Below are positions 39,318 to 52,300 of a stretch of 64,000 nucleotides of DNA, in pieces. The stretch comes from Tubiluchus corallicola. Lineage: Eukaryota; Animalia; Priapulida. The stretch is taken from the NCBI GenBank assembly GCA_030141605.1, contig JAQGDQ010000003.1:2294001-2358000 (forward strand). The letters run 5' to 3'. Within the stretch, counting starts at the first letter, position 1, and each line of letters starts with the position of its first letter. The notes under the pieces were generated by a model. It saw only the letters and a program-made list of their open reading frames with translations, ran no database searches and was not told the DNA's origin. Position numbers and translations under genes: made by a program.

Positions 39318-42300
39318 ATGGGTGAGCGCAGCATTAGTACCAGAGTGTGTCAGTATGACCTGTAATTTATAGATCCAAAGAAATAGTACACTAAGTGGAA
39401 CATTTAGTACACTAAGTACACTAAGTCGTTGAGGACACAGTGTTGTTTCATAACATAAGTTACATAGTATAATCATTATTATCAATCGTTACATCAATTT
39501 TTATTCATTACAAAACATGCACAACATGTAACAGTTTGTCGTGAAGAAGGAGCAGTGAAAGACCAAGTAGTTATCTAGTCAGTTGCCCCAATAGAATCCA
39601 GGGAAAAAAGTCACAAGTAAAACAGTCACGCGAAAAAAGATACAGGCCAGGAGACGGGGTGGGGGGGGGGGCTGCCAACAACTACAATACTATCATTTAG
39701 TTTTTACAATGAATAACTAAAGTTTTCAGAAAATACATAAATCAAAACATGCAATTAAAATTTTTGCAAAAAATTATTTTTTGCTAATTATGGTGTATAC
39801 GTGTAGTGTACGTATTACTGGCATGTAAATACAGACTGTTGTAATAATTTTTTGGTAGATGTATAGTATACTGTTATTTTGGAGGTACACTGTTATTTTG
39901 GAATTTTTAACCAAACTGAAAACGAAGTGTAAAATATCTATAAATCAGTTTCAATAATTTTAATGAAGACTTCTAACTGTCAAAGAGATCTTCATACTTC
40001 CACATCTTCATACATATCATCATTTGTTTGCTTTTTACGAAGGAAATTTTTTTCAGACAACTTGTACATATCATTTTATTTTTTAATTTAATGTACATAT
40101 GTCAAGAATTCTACCACCTCCACTTCAATTGCTCCAGCACATCTAAAAAGAAAAATTAACCTTACACTACATGGTTTTGATTTGTTGTTGCAAATATAAC
40201 CCATATAATTCTCAGTATCATCAAGTAATACCTTTAATACATACAAGTTTGAAGCAAAAGAAAACAATTCCAGTTTTACTTGACCTTTGCTGATTTGTGG
40301 AAAAAACTTCATAATACCTTCCAATGCTTCATCTTCAAGGCCCTTCTCTGCAATAGTTTTAAATTTTGCTGGGTCCAAATAGGACTAATCTTTATACAAC
40401 GATTTGTATTGTACAAATTGCGATTCTAGTGACCAGACAATGCGATCCATTATTAGGTTAAGCAAATTTACTCGAAAATTAGTCAGTGAATCTGAAAAAT
40501 TTCCTTCATCATTAACTAGCTCATATGCCATTCTTTTTTCCTCTTTTTCTTAACAGGCAATGCTGTTTTCAAAGTATCAATATCCAGCGTTTGATTTCCA
40601 TCCATATTTATCTGTGAAGTACTTTGAAGTGAAGCATTTACTTCATCTTTTGTTTTCACATCAAATTTGTCTAACGTGTAAGGGGTTGCCATTAAGCAAC
40701 CAGCACGTCACTAACACTAACCCTTATCTTAGCCAAAATTAATTGTGATGTTTTCCTATGACTTTTTTCCTAGCCAAAATGTAAATTTTTTCCTGTGACT
40801 TTTACTAGTTACTGCCCCGATATTAGATTGTTGGGCACACTTTACTGCAGCCCACATACCGTTCAGTGTGGTACTCGATTTAATGGCAGCATCCGTTCTC
40901 CTTTTTTATTTAATAATAATAACATAAAATATTTAAATATCAATATAACTTAAATAATTAATTAAATATAAATTATGCATTCGATAAAATAAAACATATA
41001 ATTCTGAGCCAATTCTAGTGCAAAATATTTGACTAATTTAGCAATGTACTTTCATAAAATGTGTGCTTGCAAAGCAAAACCATCATAAGTCAGCACAGCT
41101 AAAACTACATTATATGCGTAGATTAATGTGTAGTGAGCGCCATATTAAATTACCAAAACTTGTATAAAAAATTTCGACTGTTAAACTGCTGGATCGTGAG
41201 ATAGCTTGATTATGTTGTTTATCTTGGAATAAATCTGCTGGTTTCAGAATCAATATTGGGTACAAGTGAAAGTGAAGCGAAAACACCACAAGGAGTCAGT
41301 TACAACAGTTTATCTTACTTCATTAACAGTGATGGCAAACATATATTTTGCAATTACTGGGAACCAAAGCTAGCTGCAGGAGAAAAGCCAAGGTAAAATC
41401 TATCTAAAATCTGTAAGGTTACAAACTTTTAATTTTAATCCAATGATATGGTGAATCAGACTAATTATTTTTACTATGAAGGTTTATCTGCCAGAATTTA
41501 GTAAAGATTCTACTATAACAAGTTTGTAGTTTGTTTTTATTTACAGATCCATTAATTTTGAGCACTTAAATGGAATTCAAGCAGTAATAAAGTTATCAAC
41601 TTATTGACATTAACTTTTGGCATTATATTAATTATGTTTAATTCTTTTGCTTTCTATAAAATGCATAGATGTATGTGATCTGTAGCAAATTATTTTTCAT
41701 AGGAGTCTAGTATTTATATGTCATGGAGCTGCTGAGCACTGCTTGTGGTATGATTGCATTGCAGAACCTCTAGTAGAGCAGGGATGTTTTGTTTTTGCCC
41801 ATGATCACGGTAATTGTTTTATAATTTTTCGTCGTGGGATCGCATGTTGATAAGATTGTAATAGACCCTACATGTGTTGTTCTTTCGTAAATAGCACAGT
41901 GAACACATACTTCATACTGTTGCAAGTTTGTTTTGACTAAATTGTCTATTGCCTGTAGCTGGAGTGGTGTTTATTTGCTAGAATGGCCAAATTATGCAAA
42001 ACGTTTACAAAGAATAAATTTTCATTTTGTACATTTATGCGAGTAGATCATTTAGTAACTACAGACTCTACAAAACTTGAAATAAAATCGATTGAATTGA
42101 ATTGAATTGTTGAAATAACTGATAAACTGTATTTCGTATTATCAGTTAAGTACGAAGTGACATTGTGTGATACATTTGAGACGTTCCAGTTTCCATTGAA
42201 GTACTTTACCTTGACGTTCTTTTCAATATTGATGTTGATCACGAAATAAATACTCGTATTGTTCTTGCCTTTTTATGTTTCTCTTTGCCATTCCAGTTGA

Positions 42301-45300
42301 AAAATTTGTTTTACTTTTTAATACACTTATTTACCCATTCGCTAATTAACATTGCTGTAACTGTCTGACTAAACTTTCTTAACCATATGTTACAGAACGG
42401 AAGCATTTTTGTGGTTTTTTTAGTATCAGACTATTCTCAAGATAAAAGATTCCTTATATGAGTTACCACGCTTTAAGTAAAATGGAGACATGTAAACAAA
42501 TTCTCTCGTGTATAGAAGTAGGTTTCAGTGTTAATCAAGTTTAATGGCAAAAATAAAGAACAATTACAGAACATTTCTTGTGCCTGTTAATATTTGTAGT
42601 TGGCCATGGGCAGAGTCAAGGTGATAGAGTACATATAAATGATTTCATGGAATATATTCACGATGTCATTCAACATATCAAACTCATGAAAGAAAAGTAT
42701 CCCTTTGTGCCTGTCTTTGTAATCGGTCATTCGATGGTGAGTTATTTTATGTATATGTAACAAAAAATTTGTTTACAGATATGTGGTGTGAGAAAATATT
42801 TCTCTTGAGCTACTTTATTTGCTAATACAATTTCTAGCCTTTGTATGACTTTGTATGACATTGCAATCCTCCATGAAATTTTGAAAATTTTCATAATTAA
42901 ATACTCACTTAGTTATTAAATGATAACCTGGAATTGAAGATATAACTGGTTAACTGCCTGTACACTGTATATTCTTGCTCCTCACTTAATTGATAAATAT
43001 AATCCTAATTAGTGAATATTATTCTAGAGTGAGAATAAATACTTGGAATTGCTGGATTGCTTGGTGAGAAATTAAGCTTATAAATAACTAACATAACTAT
43101 ATTTGCTCAAACTCTCACATTATTGCATTTTGTCTGCCAGCATGTTTGTTAAAATGATTTTGCAATGGAACTTTTTAGTTTGAATTCACCGTTTTTAATA
43201 TATTCACAGGGCGGTGCAATAACTGTCAGAACAATATTAGAAGAACCCGATCTCATCCAAGGTATGGTCTTAATTGCTCCAGTTATTGTTCCAAAGTCTG
43301 CAGATGTGACCCCATTTTTGGCAAGTAAATTATGTATTTTCCATTGCAAACTTATGTTAGAGCTATTAAAAAACAAACATTTGTGATAACTAGGCCTTAT
43401 TTTCAATAGTGAAAGTCATTAAAGTTTGTTAGTTAATTACTAAAATGTGGACTTTTTATCTATTCATCCAGTTGAAGTCTATCAAAGTGACATCCCCTTC
43501 AGCTACATAACTACATTTTGGAATATGTGTTAACAAAATCTGGTAAACATAAACAAAATCTGGCATGTTATCATCTGCTGACAAGATTAACTTAATTAGT
43601 AGATAAATAAACATAAACAAAATCTGGCATGTTATCATATGCTGACAAGATTAACTTAATTAGTAGATAAATTATTTTATCTAGAGCCTGTGTGCTAGAT
43701 AAAATAATTTTTCTAGAACCTGTGTGCTAGATAAAATAATTTTTCTATGTGTTATCATCATTTCTAATTTTCTTATTACGTTAGGTATGAGATTTTTCTT
43801 TGTCTTGCACAAGATGTTCTACAGTTTTTTAATCTTTTGGTCAGGCTAGAAAAGAGTTCTGTGAATCTGTGTCAAAAAGACACATATGTTTCATTATTTA
43901 CATCATAATGAAACATATATTTTAAATCTGGGATTGTCTAATGCGTTTTGCAGATCTTTATGGCCAGAGTCGCTTCAATTGCTATGCCGCAATATCAAGT
44001 TGCAAAGATTGATCCATCGCACATAACTAGAGACCCTGAACAAGTAATGTTATGAAATTTAGTACTTAACTATTAACTATACTGCCATAATGAAGAAGTT
44101 TACTAAATGTTATGTATTGTTTTATACATAGAATCAGTCCTAGCTTTTAGATATAATCACAATGAAGCAATACTAAAATCGGATATTATCAATTTTTCGA
44201 TTCTGAGTTTGCATTGTATTCTCTAAAATAGACCTATATTTTTATGAGACTTTAACAAAAATGTAACATTTTTTAGTTTTTTGAAATATGTTTTTAGAAC
44301 AAAAAGTATGATGAGAGTGCATTGAATTGGCATGGTGGATTGAAAGCTCGCTGGGCTATGTGTTTAATGGACTCGCTGTTAGCTATGCAACCGAGACTTA
44401 AAGAAATCAAGGTATTTTATAAAGTTTAGCACAGATGTAACAATTTGCCGTTGTGTGATTTGTATTGTGTATTGCTGAATTTAGCTTATAACATTGAAGT
44501 AAAATTGAACTGAAAGTTTTTGTATTTCAAATATCTTGACAAATTGTGACAGGGTCTTGAACAATATGCTTGTAAAATCTTCTGCGACACACTAGTTTTT
44601 ATCAATATGTGCTTCTAATTTATTTTTGTGTGTTATAATACCACTGTCCCATAAGGTATTAATTGAATACATCTGCCCTAAATTTAGCAAGGAAAAAAGC
44701 AACCAAACGTTAAACTGATATTGCAATATTTCTCAAATAGACACTAGGCATATATAATGCCACATTGTTAATACCATAGCAGATATAATATTTGCATTTT
44801 TATGGCAGCACCACCTTACCTTGAATGTCAATTGGCATTGTGTAGGAGTTTTTAGTTAGGGAGTAAATAAAGATAACTGAAACTTTTCAAGTATCAATCA
44901 ACATGAATATTATTTTATTATGATTGAATGTTGAAATGGATCTTATTTTGCTTTCCTTGTTTCTTACAATTGTAGGTTCCATTCTTGACAATGCACGGAA
45001 GTGCAGATAAAATTGTTGATATTGAAAGCTCGGAAATTCTCGTAAACAATGCTTCGAGTGAAGACAAGGAATTTAAGGTAAAGTAAAACGACACAATAAA
45101 ATTAATTGTAACATATTGCACAGGGAGTTGTTATGTAGAATTAAACTCTGTGTAAGCTGGAATTCAGCACTCATTGACAGGCCAATTTAATGTAGATAGT
45201 TGTGGTATTACCCATGTCACAGAGTTTAACTCGTATCAAGAATAATTCTGTAAGAAGATACACCGAATCAGAGAAGTATCCCTCATTGACTTCCATTTGA

Positions 45301-46226
45301 GGTAAAAAGCAGTGGGCAATATGACAAAAGAAATCGCCAAGAAGTAGTTTTTACAGCCCTAAGATATCAGTCCATTAACTGATCATTAACTTTTATTGTT
45401 GCTTTACTTCAGTCACTAAACATACACGGTAGCCATTCGGCTATTCCCACCTCAGCCAGTAAGCAAAATTATTAATAGTGCTGAATGCCGTAATCTTAAT
45501 TTAGATGTTATTGCTATTTTATGCAATTTGGCACTTTGTCTAGAATACGTATTAAGACAGAGAAGTTCTATGTAGTGCTACAAAACTTGGCTGATTATGA
45601 CGTATATGAATCTCTTTTCTTGACTAATGAGCTTGTTATGGCTTTGGTTAAATACTTTCAGTTTATAGTAAACAAAAATAAATGCAAACAGGTTGAGACA
45701 TATGGCTTCATTATTTTTTGCCTAGAATGAATTAATCACAGCTTAGAAAATTTACACATTTTCATATAGCCATAAATCTCAGAAGATTTTTTGACTGAAA
45801 TTTTGTCAAACCTGTTCCTTATTCTGGCTACTGTTTATCAGTTTCTTTTGTGCAGACCCAAACCTTAAGCAGCCCAGTAACTTATTTTAGGAAAACTTTT
45901 TGTACAACAAAGACAGAGTTAATGACAATGTTTATGCCATTGAAATTAAGTTATTTTTGGTATGTGATTTTACCTATTCATATTGCATTATATTTATTTA
46001 TCTTGATTGTTAAGAGAATATGTATTATAGGTCATTTAACTTTGTGATAGGTACAAGTCTAAAAGTATTTGTGATGTCTTAGATTTATGACGGTTTCTAC
46101 CATCAGCTTCATTACGACACACCAGAGGGGGCTAAACAATGTCGTCAAGATATTTTTGAGTGGCTAATTCCAAGAATAGACAAGATTGCAGAGAAGATGG
46201 TGGAAATGGAGAATAATACTGCTTAA
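39318..46226 (+). CDS. MGLL: Monoglyceride lipase (alpha/beta hydrolase), 317 aa, 9 coding exons
   Basis: Exons 39318-39321, 41248-41392, 41703-41809, 42600-42736, 43210-43320 (GC donor), 43954-44043, 44298-44411, 44976-45077, 46083-46226, total 954 nt in frame. Motifs: TPQGVSY...INSDGKHIFCNYWEP, HGAAEH, AHDHVGHGQSQG, nucleophile GHSMGG, catalytic Asp in HGSADK, catalytic His in YDGFYHQLH. Confidence 0.93.
39594..40812. mobile_element. Foldback/MULE-like element carrying a hAT-like transposase fragment (copy 2, ~40088-40600, minus strand)
   Basis: Inverted GGAAAAAAGTCACA-type repeats lie at both ends (39598-39640 and 40750-40805). Flanking direct repeats are TGCCCCAATA (39584-39593) and TGCCCCGATA (40813-40822). 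The internal ORF 40088-40378 reads LDPAKFK...LELFSFASN. Confidence 0.55.
43544..43747. repeat. Two adjacent local tandem duplications (2 x 64 bp, then 2 x ~32 bp)
   Basis: TAAACATAAACAAAATCTGGCATGTTATCAT...AGTAGATAAA starts at 43544 and 43608. TCTAGA(G/A)CCTGTGTGCTAGATAAAATAATTTTT then occurs twice at ~43680-43745. Confidence 0.9.
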
Positions 46227-49200
46227 AGAATAGAATTTTGCAGCAGGGCATACTCCCACGTGAACAATAGTCAAATAGGAAGGGGAAAACACCAAGAAAT
46301 AACAATAGTTAGTAGGTCATAAATAGAGAGACTCATCTATTTATGTAAGTAACAACTTGAGCACAGCATCTGTTCATGTAAAGTAAACTTGAATGATCTG
46401 ATCAGTAGTTCAAATAAGTGAAAAAGGGCCTCTTTACATTATGTGTCACAATCTATTGATGGCAATGCAATGTCGGTTTATTACAGTTAAGGTATTGATT
46501 GATTGCTACTTGATGCTAGTAACCATTTGACCTTGGGAAGCCAGAAAAATCTCAACATTGAAATGGCTCGAATAAATATAATTATTGAACTTTGGCATCT
46601 GATTTCAAGATAAAACAAATCCATTTTAATTAGGTAGAGTTGTATGCTAAGCCTACTTGACTATTCTGTTTTTTTTAAATTGCAGGTGCATTTGTGTTGC
46701 AGTCTTTCAGTAGAGAAAAACACTTATTTTGCTATTACATATTACTTGGCATCCTTTTCAACTATTAAGCGGTTGCACATTGCTGCAAATTCATATTTTT
46801 GTAAAATTTGTTCTGGATTAGGTGCTTTTGTGCATTTGCCAGTTTTAAAGCACTTTTAAAGTACTGCCTATTGGGGGACCACCAATAATTTGTCTTTCAA
46901 GGTTTGATTACTAACATGACTAGAGCTATTGAAATGACAGAGAAAGAATATAAATTATTTTTGTTGCTGTGAAAGTTCTATATTTATTCCAGCAGGTAGT
47001 CCATACTCAGTCAGTGTGCCTACAGTTATCCTCATTTGCCTATTTCCTGACATCATCTTTTATACATGCTTTTTTAACTCTCAGGTTTTGTTGCCGCTTT
47101 ACTGGTTTTCAGTCTTTTTTGGAGAGACCAGTGATAAGGCTTCTCTTATTAGTATTGATTAATACACATTCCACGTACTGAGTATGGCACAACATTATTT
47201 ATAATTTTTAATTGGGTGTCATTAACAATTGCGAATATATGATTAAGCATGGCAATATTTGGGATCTTTTTTCTTGTAGGAGCAATATTCGAGTAACTTA
47301 AAAAGCTCTTGTGTATTTTATCTTACAGATATTTTTTAAAAAGTTAATTGTATTCAGTTATTGTTGGTTTGTACAGTTTCCTTATTATGTAGTGTAACTG
47401 GATTTTCTTGTGCAGAAAGTGCTTTAGGCACAGCAGCTAACAATAGTATTGTTTGGCAATATTGTATTGTTGTTATTGCTTTATGTTTGTTACCTTTTCA
47501 AGCAGATTCAATTATTGCTACTGATTATTGATTGTCATGACTGTTTCCTTCCAAGAATAGCACGTATCGTTGTTGCACAAAAGTAAGCATTGGTGCGTTA
47601 TTCTTACATCACTGCAAATTTTATGTCACTATTAAACACAGACATTTAACAAACCTAGTTTATCACAAATAATACTACATTTATAAACATACATCTCCAA
47701 TTTGATTGGTCTTTCTCTATATAAGCCATTTTAAAATTTTATGATCTTTCACTGTACATTGAGTTCTATTGTGAGGTTTGTTTAACTCGTAATCAGTACT
47801 GGATTATTCAAGCCATTTGACTCCGATTGCAGTTTGACTCCAGCTGTGTACTTGCCGACTCTGACTCGACTGGTATTCTAGCACAAAAAACAGATACTTT
47901 CAACTCGATATGGACTAAGTTTTTAAAACTATGCAGACTCAGAATGTAATTATAAAGTATGTATAGTAGACTTGAGCTTAATAAATTAACTTTCAAGAAT
48001 TGACTTGGAATAATCAGATTCGTGATTGAATCAGATTCTACATCAGCAAACTAATTTTCGTTCATATATAAGTTGATGTTTTTTTATCGAACTTGTCGAT
48101 TATTTCTGCTCATTCTAGCCAAACATTACTAGAAATTACATCTCAGGAATTATTGTGCCTTATGATTAGTGTATCCAAGATGATTTTATGCTCAAGGCTG
48201 TTTAAGTTACTATTAGTCTCATACGAGAATATGAAGTTGTTAATCAGATTATAATGTTGTAGATCTGCACATTTAAATAATTCTAATAATGTCAACAATT
48301 ATATGAAATCTCCACGATTGTTAATCCGTTTGCTATGTCACTTATGCAGATTATTTTTTGCACCAATAAACTTAATTGTTGCAGTTGACAACAAATTTTG
48401 TGTTGTTCTGTTATTTCAACTGTCATGTATATCTAAGTGCAAATTATTTTGATAAGTTATTTAGATAAAATAAATGTTTGTATCACATTTTCTATTGTCA
48501 ATAATATTTTTGTTCAGTTGGCTGAATTGAGAATTGTTCATTTGTGATGTCGAACAGTAACCTAGGCTGAAAGAGAAGTGACTGCCTACACTGTTTTCAA
48601 AAAATTATGCTTACAAAACTGTTATAAGTTGCTTGTCAAAGTAAATACTTAATGAAAGGTAAAAATGGCCTTGAAAACTTGTTTATGGCATAATTGCTAA
48701 AATGTGACCAAGCAAACCATATAGCCCGATGAACGTCCCAACAACTGTAGTGAATGAGATACCACAAGCGTTATCAACAATAATCAGTAAAACGAAACAA
48801 AAACAAGCAGTTTACAAATGTATGTTTGCACTAAGTTTTATAGTATTTTTGATAACTGGTCTCATTTCACATCACAGATCTCATTCATACAATAAATAAC
48901 ACAAATGGAGCAAGACAACAATATGCAGTAATGTTGTGTACAAGAGTTAAAAGTCATAATTTTATCATTAATAATTAATAGTGATTTCAAGAAACAAATT
49001 GATAAAAACACTCATTATGGTACAATGTATTTGTGGAAAAACTTTTCATAATATCGAAATATTTGTGACATAAGCTGATAACAAACTCAAATAATTAAAC
49101 ATACTCACTGTAACACAAATTAATTAAAAAACAATAATACGTTTCAACACGAATTTTCAAAATTTGAAATTCTAACATAACAGTATAAATATGTGCCATG

Positions 49201-49311
49201 TAAGAAACAAACAAAATCATGCCAGACGTATAAAAAGTGTAACAACTAAAGTAGCATATTTTTATTCTTGAGGAGGGTAAATATTGAAGTAATTATTAAT
49301 GAGAATGGTAT

Positions 49312-52300
49312 TTATTTTACTACCCGTTTCAACATATTACGAGTAGAACTGTTGTATAACACAGCCTGCTCATTATCTTGAACAGTTGCTCCTTTTCTTG
49401 AAAAAAAATTGCCATTTATCGTTTTCTTTTCATACAAGTATATGGCCACAAACATAATAATTAAGGCAATAACAAACAGCAGGTCTAATGTAAATTTATT
49501 GGGAAACAAAAAGGCACAGGATATGGCAGTGAACATGTTAGCGAGTGCTGCACAGTAGATCTTCACAATATTGTCCAGTTTTTTAACAATAGATGCCACA
49601 GCAATGCCACCCAGTGATGCAAACAAAATTGCTGCTATCAACAAAACATGGACAGTATATGTACTTTCTGAAAAAAATGAAAAACTAAAATTTAGATGAG
49701 CACATTAAATAAAATCTGTTTAATCACACAAGAATGTTAAGAAGGTTCCCCTGCCTTCTTCTCCTAGAAAAAGACAAAGTAAAAAAGATTTTTCATATTG
49801 CAGCACCTCACGTAAAAGTATCATTATATTATCATTATTGTTAGTATTTACCCTCGGTTTCTATTTGTTATCATTTGTGCCTTTTTATTTCTTTAATAAC
49901 ACCCATGCACAAGGGTAGGGTCACGAAACTCACAAGGCACACTCCCAAGGTAAGGAGATTTATGTTCATGTTTAACACATCACCTCATGGGTCAAAGCTC
50001 ATGAAGTGGGTGGGGTTCCTTGTTTGTTTTTTTGTTAAGCTGCCTCCTACAGTTTTTGAGCTTATGCCACAATTTTTGGTATGTGGGGTCGAATTTTTAT
50101 GCATAACTGAATATCAGCCATTTGTATATGAGCAGTAGCAGGCAAAAACCAAAATTGAAGAGGTCAGGGACACCAATGCCTCCAGTGTCGAGTAACAGTA
50201 GCGTGTAATATGTCACATGAAAGGACTCAATGAGATAATTCGAATGGCATAAGTTCTGCCGATTTTGGTGGACACTACCTCAATATTGCATGATTGCATG
50301 TTAAAGGCAAGAAGGTCAGATCGCCATTCATTGGGCATGCTATGGGAATGTTTAATGGAGTTTTATGACTCCTTAGAAAGAGAAAAAGCTGGGCTAAAAG
50401 GCGAGATAAGTTCTTTTCTCAAGATACCTATATGAGCAGGAATATTAACTGACTAATTCCAGGCAAAATTAACACCTGGAGCTATTTTCTCACGCACAGA
50501 GCATCACCATAACACATGACCATAGCGTGTGCTAAAAGTTTGCTCTACAAGTTGTAAGTTTGAAACACAATTGAAGCTTTCTGCTCCGTACATTTTTCGC
50601 CTCCTTTTTCAGCTCACACTGTTTGAACAAAATGCAAAAAGGTTCTGTCAGGTTTTGCTAGTTTCTACAAAATTATATTAATTTGCATTTTCCTTAAAAA
50701 TCGTTTGAGTCTGCTGATGTTAAAATGTATTGATAACAAAACCATTTATTTAGCAATAGTTAGAAGCTCGCTGATAACTGGGGAAGGAAATACCTGTGCG
50801 GTCACTTTGCGCACTTAGGTGCAAAGAAAATCAATACAGAACTTAGTTAATAATTAGATTGGTGACTGGTCACTTGTCAAAAAATTAGAAGCTCCAATTT
50901 TACTAAAACAAAATGCAATTGCTGGGTTATCAAGCATTGTGAATTCAACGGAAGGCAATATCATGCCGTCAGAGGCTTGATATATGGGTCACTGGTGAAG
51001 ATGTGACAAATTCCGACTTCTCTCAACCTTCTGAAGTCAAGCACAACAGTACTTACACACATGTTGTTAACTACAGTCACTTAACGGCGTTTCATTTTAA
51101 TGATGTTTAATGATGCTAATCTTTTGACACCTTTTATTCATTTAACTGCGCTTTTCATATTAACAATGATTTTTTCGTCGTTCGGGCACTGAAATTTTGT
51201 TTACTGCACTTGCATTTTATGAAGAAGCCCTATTACAAGAAATCACCTTAGTAATAATTTACCTTACTAAGCAGTGAGAGGTAGACAGTAATAATTCATT
51301 GCTGACATCTGCATGAAGCTTTTAAAATACAGCATTGATGCGGAATTTGACATTTTTTGTGAAAATAATCCAGAGAGAGAGAGAGAGAGCGAAGTTCAGA
51401 ATAGAGACATGATGTTGCTAATGATTTACAATACTGAAAAGAAGTTTTAGCACAAAAAAGGAAAGTGTCTACGTAACCAACACCATATTTTTTCTAAAAG
51501 AAACAACAGACTGAAAAGAAAGAGTAAGAAATGGCACAAGGGGATCGATCAGAGGGAGACACATGTATGCAGGAAAGAAAGCCTATGTTTCAAATTTGAA
51601 TTTTCACTGCAAACTTTATTTCTCTTTAGCTTTTAGTTAAAATTTGTCAGGAATATACATGATAAAGTTTGATTTATGAGTCAGGTGGGGAATGCAAATA
51701 AAAGGTTTTACACCGTTTTTTATGGAACACATTGTTTCACATAATGATGTTTTGCTTAACGTAGCATTTTGCAGGAATGCATTAGCGTCGTTAAGAGAGG
51801 ACTTACTGTAATATGAAAATTAAAGCTGTTTTACTTAAAGCATCTCCTGTAAAAAATTTAAAGCGCTATAAGTTCCCCCAGTGGGATCTGGAGTGGAGCC
51901 TCGGAAACAGAAGCATTCCTGCATTTTAGCACTTTTAAGGCCCTTTTTGGTCAAATTTTTGGTTTTTAGATTGTGTTCTGATAAAATGAACAATATGCAC
52001 TTGTATCTTGATGCATAAGACCACAAGTTAATTCAGAGGCCCCTAGAGCATCTGTAGGCCTTACATACCAGTGCAGTGATATTACACCAGTCTTCTTAAT
52101 GATTTAGTACTAGTAAGCAGACTATAAAGTATTTTCCTACAAATTAGTTAAGGTTTTCTTAGTTTTTTCTTGCTTAATGATAAAATTTTTACTACCTATG
52201 TATTTGTTCTATAACTGTGATTGTAAATATATTGCAAATTACTTTATATTTTTGTTATATGGCTGCTATGTGCCTGCTGCCATTTTCTTTCATAAAAAAT

